Below, one piece after another: positions 26,192 through 34,205 of a DNA stretch of 64,000 nucleotides. Below the pieces are notes generated by a model. It was not told the origin of the DNA. It searched no databases and saw only the letters and a list, made by a program, of their open reading frames with translations. Numbering within the stretch: the first letter of the stretch is position 1; every line of letters starts with the position of its first letter. The DNA comes from an uncultured Acidobacteriota bacterium (GTDB lineage: Bacteria > Acidobacteriota > Polarisedimenticolia > Polarisedimenticolales > DASRJG01): NCBI GenBank assembly GCA_964647625.1, contig CAZYHZ010000001.1, positions 94,742-158,741 on the forward strand, given 5' to 3'. A program made the translations under genes and the position numbers.

Positions 26192-28888
26192 GTGCCCGCA
26201 CCTATTCCCTGCCCGAGCTGCTCGGTCCCGCTCCCCGAAGGCAGCCGGTTCTGTCCGGCGTGCGGCTTTTCGCTATCCCCTTCATCGGCGCTGCCGACCG
26301 AGCACGCGCCGACCGGGGCGGGGGTTTCGGCGCCGGTGCACGAGCGATTCCTTCCGGGCGCCATCGTGGCCGGCCGGTATCGGATCGTGGCGCTGCTCGG
26401 ACGCGGGGGGATGGGCGAGGTCTATCGGGCCGACGACCTCAAGCTCGGCCAGAGCGTCGCCCTCAAGTTCCTCCCGAAGGCGTTCAACGCCGACCACGAT
26501 CGCCTGGAGCGATTCCTCAACGAAGTTCGGCTCGCGCGACAGGTATCTCACCCGAACGTCTGCCGGATCTACGACGCGGGAGAGGTCGACGGGCATCACT
26601 TCCTTTCGATGGAGTACGTGGACGGCGAGGATCTGGCCTCTCTGCTCCGGCGGATCGGCCACGTCCCCAAGGACAAGGCGATCCAGATCGCGCGACAGCT
26701 GTGCGCCGGGCTCGCCGCGGCGCACGATGCGGGCGTCCTCCATCGCGACCTGAAGCCCGCGAACGTCATGGTCGACGGGCGAGGCCGCGCGCGCATCACG
26801 GACTTCGGCCTCGCCGCGCTCGCCGAGCAGGTCGCGGGGCACGAGATCCTCTCCGGAACTCCCGCGTACATGGCTCCCGAGCAGCTCTCGGGTCAGAGCG
26901 TCTCGGTGCGAAGCGATCTCTACGCCTTGGGTCTCGTGCTCTACGAGCTGTTCACCGGCCGGCGAGCGTTCACCGCGGCGACCGCGAACGAGCTGCGGCG
27001 CCTGCAGTCGGAAACCACACCGTCGTCGCCGTCGTCGCTCGTCGAAGGGTTCGACCCGGCGGTCGAGCGCGTCATCCTCCGCTGCCTCGACCCCGATCCC
27101 GCGCGCCGGCCCGCATCCGCGCTCTCGGTCGCGGCGGCGCTTCCCGGCGGAGATCCGCTCGCCGCGGCGCTCGCGGCCGGCGAGACCCCGTCACCCGAGA
27201 TGGTGGCGGAGGCCGGAGAGACGGGCGCGATCTCGCCTGCGATCGCATGGGCGGCGCTCGGCGTCTTCGTCGTGTCGCTCGTCGCGTTCTTCGCGCTGGC
27301 GACGCGCACCTCGCTCGTCGCGATCGTCCCCCTCGAGAAGCCTCCCGAGGTCCTGCGCGAGCGCGCCCGCTCGATCCTCGCCCAAGCCGGGTACGAGCGG
27401 CCTCCGGCCGACAGCCTGTACGCATTCGAGCCGGACCGCGGCTACCTCGACGATCTCCTGCATCGGAAGGACGCGGGCGCGGCGCGCTGGGACGCCCTGC
27501 GATCCGCTCCGCCGGGTGCGGTCACGTTTTGGTACCGGCAATCGCCGGAGGCGTTGGTTCCGAAGGGCGCCGCGAACATCGGCGACTGGATCACCGATCC
27601 TGCTTATACCGTTCCGGGCTCGGCGCGCGTCGGTCTCGACCCCGATGGGCGCCTCGTCTCGCTGCTCGTCGTTCCCGGAGAAAGCGCCGGCGCCCTCGCA
27701 GGCGGCGAGCCGGACTGGACGCCTCTGCTGCAGGCGACCGGCGTCGACGCGAAGACGCTCGTACCGGCCGCGCCGGCGTGGGCTCCACCGGTGTTCGCCG
27801 ACCGGCGGGCCGCCTGGACCGGCTCGTGGCCGGGACATCCAGCGCAGGTCGTGCGGATCGAAGCGGCTGCCGTCAACGCGCGTCCCACCTGGCTTCGCGT
27901 CGTGGAGCCGTGGGAACGGCCGAACGACGGGCCCGGGCCTGCGGGCGGCTTCGCCGTCCGCGCCTCGAAGCTGACCGGCGCGATCACGTTCGTCACGGTG
28001 CTCGCGATCGCCGCGATCGTCGCCTGGCGGAACGTGCGGCGCGGGCGCGGCGATCGCCGCGGCGCGCTGAGGCTCGCCCTGTACCTCGGGGCCGCCCGCA
28101 TGCTGTGGTTCCTCGGTGCGCATCATGTGGCGGCGTCCGAGGAGGCCGACCTGTTCGGAGCGCACTTCGCCTACTCGATGTATCGGCTAGGGTTCGCGTA
28201 CGTCGCATATCTCGCGATCGAGCCGTATGCGCGCCGGCTCTGGCCGCGATTCCTCGTGTCGTGGGTGAGGGTGCTCGACGGACGCTTTCGCGATCCGCTG
28301 GTCGGCAGGGATCTGCTGATCGGGTGCGCCGCCGGCGCCGTGGGCGCCGCGCTCGAGCGGGTTCAGATCATGCTGTCGGGCGTCCTCGGCGGCGCGCCGT
28401 CGCCTCCGAACTGGTCGCCGTGGACCTTCGAGCCGTTGCGTGGTGCCGTGCCCGCGCTCGTATCCGTCGTGGCGATCCATACTCAAGAAGTGCTGGACGT
28501 CGTGTTTCCGCTGACGTTGATGCTGGTCTTCCGGTGGATGTTCCGGCGAACGCTGCCGGCGTTCGTGGCGATGGCGCTCGTCGGGCTGGTCCTGTTCCTG
28601 CCGGCCGCGGGGAGCGTCCCCGCCTACGTCTTGCGCTACGCGATCACGACCGGGATGTTCGGATACGTCCTGTTCCGTGCGGGAATCCTCGGGGCCGCGG
28701 CGGTGCTGGCCACGTCCGGGCTCGTCTCGCAGCTCCCGTTGACGCCGCATCCCGCGGCGTGGTTCGCCGGCGCGACGCTGTTCTCGATCGCGGCGATCTC
28801 GGCCCCGGTTGCATGGGGCTTCTACAGCTCGCAGGCCTGGCGCCCGATCGTCCGCGACGAGATCTTGGAGCCCGCGGCGCGGCGGTGA
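26192..28888 (+). CDS. Ser/Thr protein kinase with N-terminal zinc ribbon, extracytoplasmic domain and C-terminal polytopic membrane domain
   Basis: GTG start at 26192. The zinc ribbon is CPSCSVPLPEGSRFCPACG. Kinase motifs are GRGGMGEVY, VALK, HRDLKPAN, DFGLA and APE. A TM helix follows the kinase, then a ~290 aa non-cytoplasmic segment, then at least 6 further hydrophobic helices up to the stop. Confidence 0.85.
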   Translation: MPAPIPCPSCSVPLPEGSRFCPACGFSLSPSSALPTEHAPTGAGVSAPVHERFLPGAIVAGRYRIVALLGRGGMGEVYRADDLKLGQSVALKFLPKAFNADHDRLERFLNEVRLARQVSHPNVCRIYDAGEVDGHHFLSMEYVDGEDLASLLRRIGHVPKDKAIQIARQLCAGLAAAHDAGVLHRDLKPANVMVDGRGRARITDFGLAALAEQVAGHEILSGTPAYMAPEQLSGQSVSVRSDLYALGLVLYELFTGRRAFTAATANELRRLQSETTPSSPSSLVEGFDPAVERVILRCLDPDPARRPASALSVAAALPGGDPLAAALAAGETPSPEMVAEAGETGAISPAIAWAALGVFVVSLVAFFALATRTSLVAIVPLEKPPEVLRERARSILAQAGYERPPADSLYAFEPDRGYLDDLLHRKDAGAARWDALRSAPPGAVTFWYRQSPEALVPKGAANIGDWITDPAYTVPGSARVGLDPDGRLVSLLVVPGESAGALAGGEPDWTPLLQATGVDAKTLVPAAPAWAPPVFADRRAAWTGSWPGHPAQVVRIEAAAVNARPTWLRVVEPWERPNDGPGPAGGFAVRASKLTGAITFVTVLAIAAIVAWRNVRRGRGDRRGALRLALYLGAARMLWFLGAHHVAASEEADLFGAHFAYSMYRLGFAYVAYLAIEPYARRLWPRFLVSWVRVLDGRFRDPLVGRDLLIGCAAGAVGAALERVQIMLSGVLGGAPSPPNWSPWTFEPLRGAVPALVSVVAIHTQEVLDVVFPLTLMLVFRWMFRRTLPAFVAMALVGLVLFLPAAGSVPAYVLRYAITTGMFGYVLFRAGILGAAAVLATSGLVSQLPLTPHPAAWFAGATLFSIAAISAPVAWGFYSSQAWRPIVRDEILEPAARR

Positions 28889-28889
28889 G

Positions 28890-30782
28890 CTAAGGGCAGG
28901 TTCCCGTGACGCGCGCCGTCCCGTTGCTCTGGTATCCCCACGGGCCCGGGCCGCAGGGGTTTCGAGCGCGGGAGAGGTACCAGAAGCCGGTGCCGGGTGC
29001 AGGGGTGGCCCCATCGACGACCCTCGCCGTCGTCGTGTTGCCGAGACAGACCTCGCCGGTGCTGCTCGACCCGACCGGGAACGATCCGGTGGAGCCGCGC
29101 GCGGCGTCGTAGCTCGTCGCATCGGACGCTTCCGACCAGGTGTACGTCGCCTTGTCGGCCGCGGCCGCCATGTTCGTCGTCTCAGCGGGAATCACACCCG
29201 CCGTCCCCTTGCAAACGCCGTTCACGCAAACATCGTTCGCGGTGCACGGATTGCCGTCGTTGCACGCGGTGCCGTTCGGCTTGGGAGAGTAAGTGCAGGC
29301 TCCGGACACCGGGTCGCACGTGCCGCCCACGTGGCACTGGTCGGGGGCCGCGCACACGACGGGCGCGCCGTGGCAGGTCCCCGAGACGCACACGTCTCCC
29401 GTCGTGCACACGGAACCGTCGTCGCACGCGGCTCCGTTCGGCACCGGCGTATAGACGCAGCCCATCGCGGGCACGCAGCTGTCCGCCGTGCACGCGTTGT
29501 TGTCGTTGCAGGTTGCGGGGAAGCCCGCCTGACAGACGCCGTTGACGCACACGTCCTCGACCGTGCACGCGTTACCGTCGTTGCAGAAGTTGGTGTTGTT
29601 GGCGTGCTGGCAGCCGAAGCGGTTGTCGCAGGTGTCGTCCGTGCAGACGTTGTTGTCGTCGCAGTTGGTCGGGGTGCCCCCCTGGCAATACCCGCCGCTG
29701 CAGGTTTCTCCCGTGGTGCAGACGTTGCTGTCGTCGCACGGAGCCGTGTTGTTCGAGTGCATGCAGCCGAATTGACCGGAGCACACGTCGTCCGTGCACG
29801 GGTTCGTGTCGTCGCAGCTGTGCGCCGGGTGGTAGCAGCCCGTCATCGGGTCGCACGCATCGTCCGTGCAGAAGTCGTTGTCGTTGCAGTTGAGCGCGGG
29901 ATGCTGGCACCCGCCCGAGACCAGCAGGTTCCCCAGCTCCAGGCCGTCGATCCACTGGCTGTCGGTGGTCGTGAAACCGCCGAGCAGCGCGCCGGCCTGG
30001 CTGTGGTGGGTGATCTGACCGTTCGCGTGGCCGACCCACAACGTGCCGTCGTCCGGGTCGTACCCGATGCCGCCGTTCGTCTGGCCCGTGTTGAAGCTCG
30101 AGAGCACGTTCCCCGCGAGATCGCGCTTGTAGACGAAGGTGTTGCTGCTGCCACCGGTCGTCCAGATGTTCGTGCCGTCATAGGTCACGCCGGGCAGGTT
30201 GTGTCCGGTCGTGAACAGCAGCGTATCGGCGCCGTTCGTCGTGTTGATCCTGTAGATGCCGCCCGTATCCACGCTGGCGAGGATGAACCCGCCGCCGTAG
30301 TTGCCGAGGTCTTCGATCCAGCGATTGTTCACCACGGCGGTGATCGATCCCAGGTTGGTGTTTCCCGGCCCGCGCTTCGCGATCACGTTGTTGCCGTAGC
30401 TCGGGTCGCAGATGTAGACGACACCGCTCCCGTCGACGGCGGCTCCGGTCACGTGGGTCGACACGCCCCACGTTTGAACGAGGCTTCCGTTTTTCTGGTA
30501 CTCCTGCTCGAGCACCTGGGTGTCGTGGCCGATCAGCAGCGTGGCGATGCCGGGCACTCCGCCCTGCGAACAGGAATCGACCGTGCAGACGTTGCCGTCG
30601 TCGCAGTTGATCGGCGTGTAGATGCAGCCTTGCACCGGGTCGCACGTGTCGGTGGTGCACGGGTTGTTGTCGTCGCAGCTCCCCGGCGTGCACTGTGTGG
30701 GTGCGGCCAAGGCCGTGGGACGGTTTGCCAGGATTGCGGCGGCGGCGAGCACGAGCGCCGAAGCAAGCGTTGATTGACGCAT
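28890..30782 (-). CDS. secreted cysteine-rich protein with Dictyostelium-type (CTDC/EGF-like) repeats flanking a beta-propeller-like insert, plus shared C-terminal module
   Basis: Signal peptide MRQSTLASALVLAAAAILANRPTALA. There are ~13 repeats of C-(D/N)D-x-N-x-CT-x-D-x-C-x3-4-GC, for example CDDNNPCTTDTCDPVQGC, CDDGNVCTVDSC, CNDNDFCTDDACDPMTGC, CDDTNPCTDDVC and CNDNNACTADSCVPAMGC. A central ~230 aa Cys-free segment interrupts them. The protein ends VTGTCP. Confidence 0.85.
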   Translation of the reverse strand: MRQSTLASALVLAAAAILANRPTALAAPTQCTPGSCDDNNPCTTDTCDPVQGCIYTPINCDDGNVCTVDSCSQGGVPGIATLLIGHDTQVLEQEYQKNGSLVQTWGVSTHVTGAAVDGSGVVYICDPSYGNNVIAKRGPGNTNLGSITAVVNNRWIEDLGNYGGGFILASVDTGGIYRINTTNGADTLLFTTGHNLPGVTYDGTNIWTTGGSSNTFVYKRDLAGNVLSSFNTGQTNGGIGYDPDDGTLWVGHANGQITHHSQAGALLGGFTTTDSQWIDGLELGNLLVSGGCQHPALNCNDNDFCTDDACDPMTGCYHPAHSCDDTNPCTDDVCSGQFGCMHSNNTAPCDDSNVCTTGETCSGGYCQGGTPTNCDDNNVCTDDTCDNRFGCQHANNTNFCNDGNACTVEDVCVNGVCQAGFPATCNDNNACTADSCVPAMGCVYTPVPNGAACDDGSVCTTGDVCVSGTCHGAPVVCAAPDQCHVGGTCDPVSGACTYSPKPNGTACNDGNPCTANDVCVNGVCKGTAGVIPAETTNMAAAADKATYTWSEASDATSYDAARGSTGSFPVGSSSTGEVCLGNTTTARVVDGATPAPGTGFWYLSRARNPCGPGPWGYQSNGTARVTGTCP

Positions 30783-30934
30783 CAGGCCCCCTCGGCGGGC
30801 GCCCCGGCCCGCCCTGACGCTTGAAACTTACGCGGGATCTCCCGGCGCATCAATCCGATTTTGCGTCTTCGAGGCGGCGTGGTCGCCCCCACGTGCTTGC
30901 AGTTCCAGTCGCCTCCCCTCATATTCACGCTCCG

Positions 30935-33900
30935 ATGAGGCTGTCGCTCGCTCTGGCCCTCGCTCTCTCCACCGCGCTCGTCATCCAGGGCGAGAGCCAT
31001 GCACGCCCGGGGCTGAGTCTCGATGAGCGCGTGGCCGCGCAGCGGAAGATCGAAGAAGTCTATTGGCGGCACCGGATCTGGCCGAAGGATAACCCCGGCC
31101 GAAAACCGTCGCTCGACACGCTGATGTCCGCCGCCGTGATTCGCGCGAAGGTCGTGGACGACCTTCGGAAGTCAAGTGAGCTCGAGATCTACTGGCATCG
31201 CCCGATCACCGCGGCGCAGCTTCAAGCCGAGATCGACCGGATGGGGCGCGGCACGCGCGACCCGGCGACCCTGCGCGAGCTGTTCGACGCGCTCGGGAAC
31301 GACGGCGTCGTCATCGCGGAAAGCCTGGCGAGACCGGCGCTCGCGGACAGACTGCTTCGAGATTGGTACGCGAGCACTGAGCCGGGCCAATCGTTCGATG
31401 CGTGGTGGAGCGCCGCGCGAGCGAATGTCGCAATCGAGACTCCCCTCACCGCCACACGCATCCTCCTGCCGGCGCTCCCCTCGTCCGCCTGCACGAACGA
31501 CACTTGGAGCCCCACGTTCACGGACGTCCCGGATGCGCGAGCCGGTCACACTGCGATCTGGACCGGAACGGAGATGATCGTCTGGGGCGGATCGGCCGCC
31601 GGCTACCGCCTCGACACGGGCGGGCGATACAACCCGGCGACCGACACGTGGACTGCGACGTCAACGGGTCCCGGCGCCCCCGATTCGCGTAACAATCACA
31701 CGGCGGTGTGGACCGGGACCGAGATGATCGTGTGGGGAGGGCAGCATACCGATTTCGCGACTGGAGCGAACGTTAACCTGGCCACGGGCTCGCGCTACGA
31801 CCCGTCGACCGACACGTGGACTCCGATGTCGACCGGGGCGAACACTCCATCCGCGCGCTGGTTTCACTCCGCGATCTGGACGGGATCCGAGATGATCGTG
31901 TGGGGAGGGCTGAATGGCAGCGCTGGGAACACCGGCGCTCGATATCGCCCGACGACCGACAGCTGGGTGCCTGTCTCGACCGTCAATGCCGCCCTGGGCT
32001 TCGGGCCCGTCGCCATTTGGACGGGCCAGCAGATGCTCGTCTGGGCGGGAAACGCCTTGAGTCCCGGGGGACGGTACGACCCGATCGCCGATATTTGGAC
32101 ACCGATCGCCGCCGGCCCGAACGCGCCGTCTCTTCGATACGGGCACTCGCTGGTCTGGACGGGAACGGCGATGATCGTCTGGGGCGGTAGCGCCGCTCCG
32201 TCAGGACAGTTATTGAATACGGGAAGCCGTTATGATCCTGTGTCGAACAGTTGGACTCCCATTTCGAGCGCAACGACGGCTCGTTCCAGCCATACCGCCG
32301 TCTGGACGGGAACGACCATGGTCGTCGCGGGCGGTTCCGGCGGCGGCACCACGGCCGCCAGATACACCCCATCGTCGGACAGCTGGACTCCGACCGCCTC
32401 GAGCTTACTCGCCGCGCGGCAATCGCACACCGCCGTGTGGACGGGGACCGAGATGATCCTCTGGGGTGGCTTCGTCGCATCTTCTTCCTCGCCGCTGGAC
32501 ACGGGAGCCCGTTACAACCCGGTGAACGACACTTGGGTCGCGACGGCGGCTTCCGTGTCGGTACCGTCCGGGCGTGTCCTGCACACCGCCGTCTGGACGG
32601 GATCGGAGATGATCGTCTGGGGCGGCAAGAGTGCCTATCAAAGCTCGACGCAATTCAACACCGGCGGCCGCTACCGTCCGGCGACCGACTCCTGGGTCCC
32701 GACGTCGCTCGGCGCCGGGGTCCCCGGAGCGCGCTACCACCACTCAGCCGTTTGGACGGGACGGGAGATGATCGTCTGGGGTGGGTACTCCGCCCAAGCC
32801 GCGACCGTGGTCAACACAGGCGGACGGTACGATCCGATCGGCGACACGTGGACTCCGACGTCGACCGGGGTGAGCGTTCCTCTACCGATGGAAGAGCAAG
32901 CCGCAGTGTGGACCGGAAACGAGATGATCGTCTGGGGACCGGGGAGCACGACCGCCGGTGGACGTTACGATCCGCGCACGGATTCATGGCGCTCCATGAC
33001 GGCCGGACCGAACATGCCAGCCGACGAGCCGAACATCCCGGTGGTGTGGACCGGAACGGAGATGATCCTCTGGTGGGGCAACCCATTCAGCGGAGGCCGA
33101 TACAACCCGCAGTCCGACAGCTGGGCGTCCATCTCGACATCTCCCAACATGCCGGCTCTTCGTTTCGGCTTTCCCGTGGTCTGGACGGGTTCCGAGATGA
33201 TCGTCTGGGGCGGCTGCTGCGACGTCAACACCGGCGGGCGATACAACCCATCGACGGACACATGGGCGACGACGTCGACCGGTGCCGGCGTCGCGTCGGT
33301 CCGCGAATACGCAACTGCGGTCTGGACCGGCTCCGAGATGCTCGTGTGGGGCGGCGGCGCTGGTAACCAATCCGCGTATCCGATGAACGCGGGCGGACGG
33401 TACGCGCCGTCGACCGATTCCTGGACGCCAATCTCGATGGGCCCGAACTTTCCGGACCTCGGCGAATTCAACACGGCGGTCTTTACCGGAACTGAGATGA
33501 TCGTCTGGGGCGGCATGCCGGGGACTCTTACCGGAGGCCGCTACTGCGCGTGCCCGTCGGGTCGCTCGGTGTATCGCGATGCCGACGGCGATGGGTTCGG
33601 CGACGCCGCCGTCTCGATCCTGAGCTGCGACGGGTCGATTCCTCCGGGCTACGCGCTCGACGCCACCGACTGTGACGACACCCAAGCAAGCGTGAACCCG
33701 GGCCACATCGAGCTGTGCGACGGCATCGACAACGATTGCAACGGCCTCGTCGATGACAGCGCCTCGGGCGAAGACTCCGACGGCGACGGGATCCACGACG
33801 CCTGCGACAACTGCCCGTACGCGTTCAACCCCGAGCAGCGCGACTTCGACGGCGACGGCGAGGGAGATGCCTGCGACTTGAACGACGGCCTGATCTTCGA

Positions 33901-34198
33901 GTGGCGCGCCGACAAGACGTCCGTCTCGTGGCAGCGCGAGCAGGGGCCCGACGCGTGGAACGCGTACATCGGAGACCTCGGCGTTCTTCGATCGACCGGC
34001 GTTTACACACAAGCCCCCGGATCGAACGCGCTCGCGACTCGTCAATGCGGGCTTGCCGGCACAACCGGCGACGATCTCAACGATCCAGCGCCTGGCGAGG
34101 CGTCCTACTCGCTCGTCACCGGAGTCACGTCCGGTGTCGAGGGCTCGCTTGGGTCGAGCAGCAACGGGCCGAGGGTCAACACGAATCCGTGTCCGTGA
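30935..34198 (+). CDS. secreted 14-blade Kelch-repeat protein (paralogue 3) with MopE-type motif, thrombospondin type-3 repeats and shared C-terminal module
   Basis: ATG at 30935 gives the signal peptide MRLSLALALALSTALVIQGES. The conserved N-terminal domain is present ([32 protein letters not shown]...). There are 14 blades. The MopE motif is DGDGFGD...[26 protein letters not shown], and the TSP3 segment is DSDGDGIHDACDNCPYAFNPEQRDFDGDGEGDACD. The protein ends NTNPCP. Confidence 0.9.
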   Translation: MRLSLALALALSTALVIQGESHARPGLSLDERVAAQRKIEEVYWRHRIWPKDNPGRKPSLDTLMSAAVIRAKVVDDLRKSSELEIYWHRPITAAQLQAEIDRMGRGTRDPATLRELFDALGNDGVVIAESLARPALADRLLRDWYASTEPGQSFDAWWSAARANVAIETPLTATRILLPALPSSACTNDTWSPTFTDVPDARAGHTAIWTGTEMIVWGGSAAGYRLDTGGRYNPATDTWTATSTGPGAPDSRNNHTAVWTGTEMIVWGGQHTDFATGANVNLATGSRYDPSTDTWTPMSTGANTPSARWFHSAIWTGSEMIVWGGLNGSAGNTGARYRPTTDSWVPVSTVNAALGFGPVAIWTGQQMLVWAGNALSPGGRYDPIADIWTPIAAGPNAPSLRYGHSLVWTGTAMIVWGGSAAPSGQLLNTGSRYDPVSNSWTPISSATTARSSHTAVWTGTTMVVAGGSGGGTTAARYTPSSDSWTPTASSLLAARQSHTAVWTGTEMILWGGFVASSSSPLDTGARYNPVNDTWVATAASVSVPSGRVLHTAVWTGSEMIVWGGKSAYQSSTQFNTGGRYRPATDSWVPTSLGAGVPGARYHHSAVWTGREMIVWGGYSAQAATVVNTGGRYDPIGDTWTPTSTGVSVPLPMEEQAAVWTGNEMIVWGPGSTTAGGRYDPRTDSWRSMTAGPNMPADEPNIPVVWTGTEMILWWGNPFSGGRYNPQSDSWASISTSPNMPALRFGFPVVWTGSEMIVWGGCCDVNTGGRYNPSTDTWATTSTGAGVASVREYATAVWTGSEMLVWGGGAGNQSAYPMNAGGRYAPSTDSWTPISMGPNFPDLGEFNTAVFTGTEMIVWGGMPGTLTGGRYCACPSGRSVYRDADGDGFGDAAVSILSCDGSIPPGYALDATDCDDTQASVNPGHIELCDGIDNDCNGLVDDSASGEDSDGDGIHDACDNCPYAFNPEQRDFDGDGEGDACDLNDGLIFEWRADKTSVSWQREQGPDAWNAYIGDLGVLRSTGVYTQAPGSNALATRQCGLAGTTGDDLNDPAPGEASYSLVTGVTSGVEGSLGSSSNGPRVNTNPCP
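31496..33547 (+). repeat. tandem array of 14 Kelch-blade coding repeats
   Basis: Blades were counted in the translation. GAGATGATCGTCTGGGGCGG recurs almost verbatim in many blades. The boundaries are approximate. Confidence 0.8.
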
Positions 34199-34205
34199 GC
34201 GCTGC

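Noticed and set aside
26260-30773. Alternate-frame 877-aa ORF over kinase 3, and an antisense 654-aa ORF over the Cys-repeat gene.
   Set aside because: Same high-GC artefact signature. The chosen frames carry kinase motifs and the regular cysteine-repeat spacing respectively.
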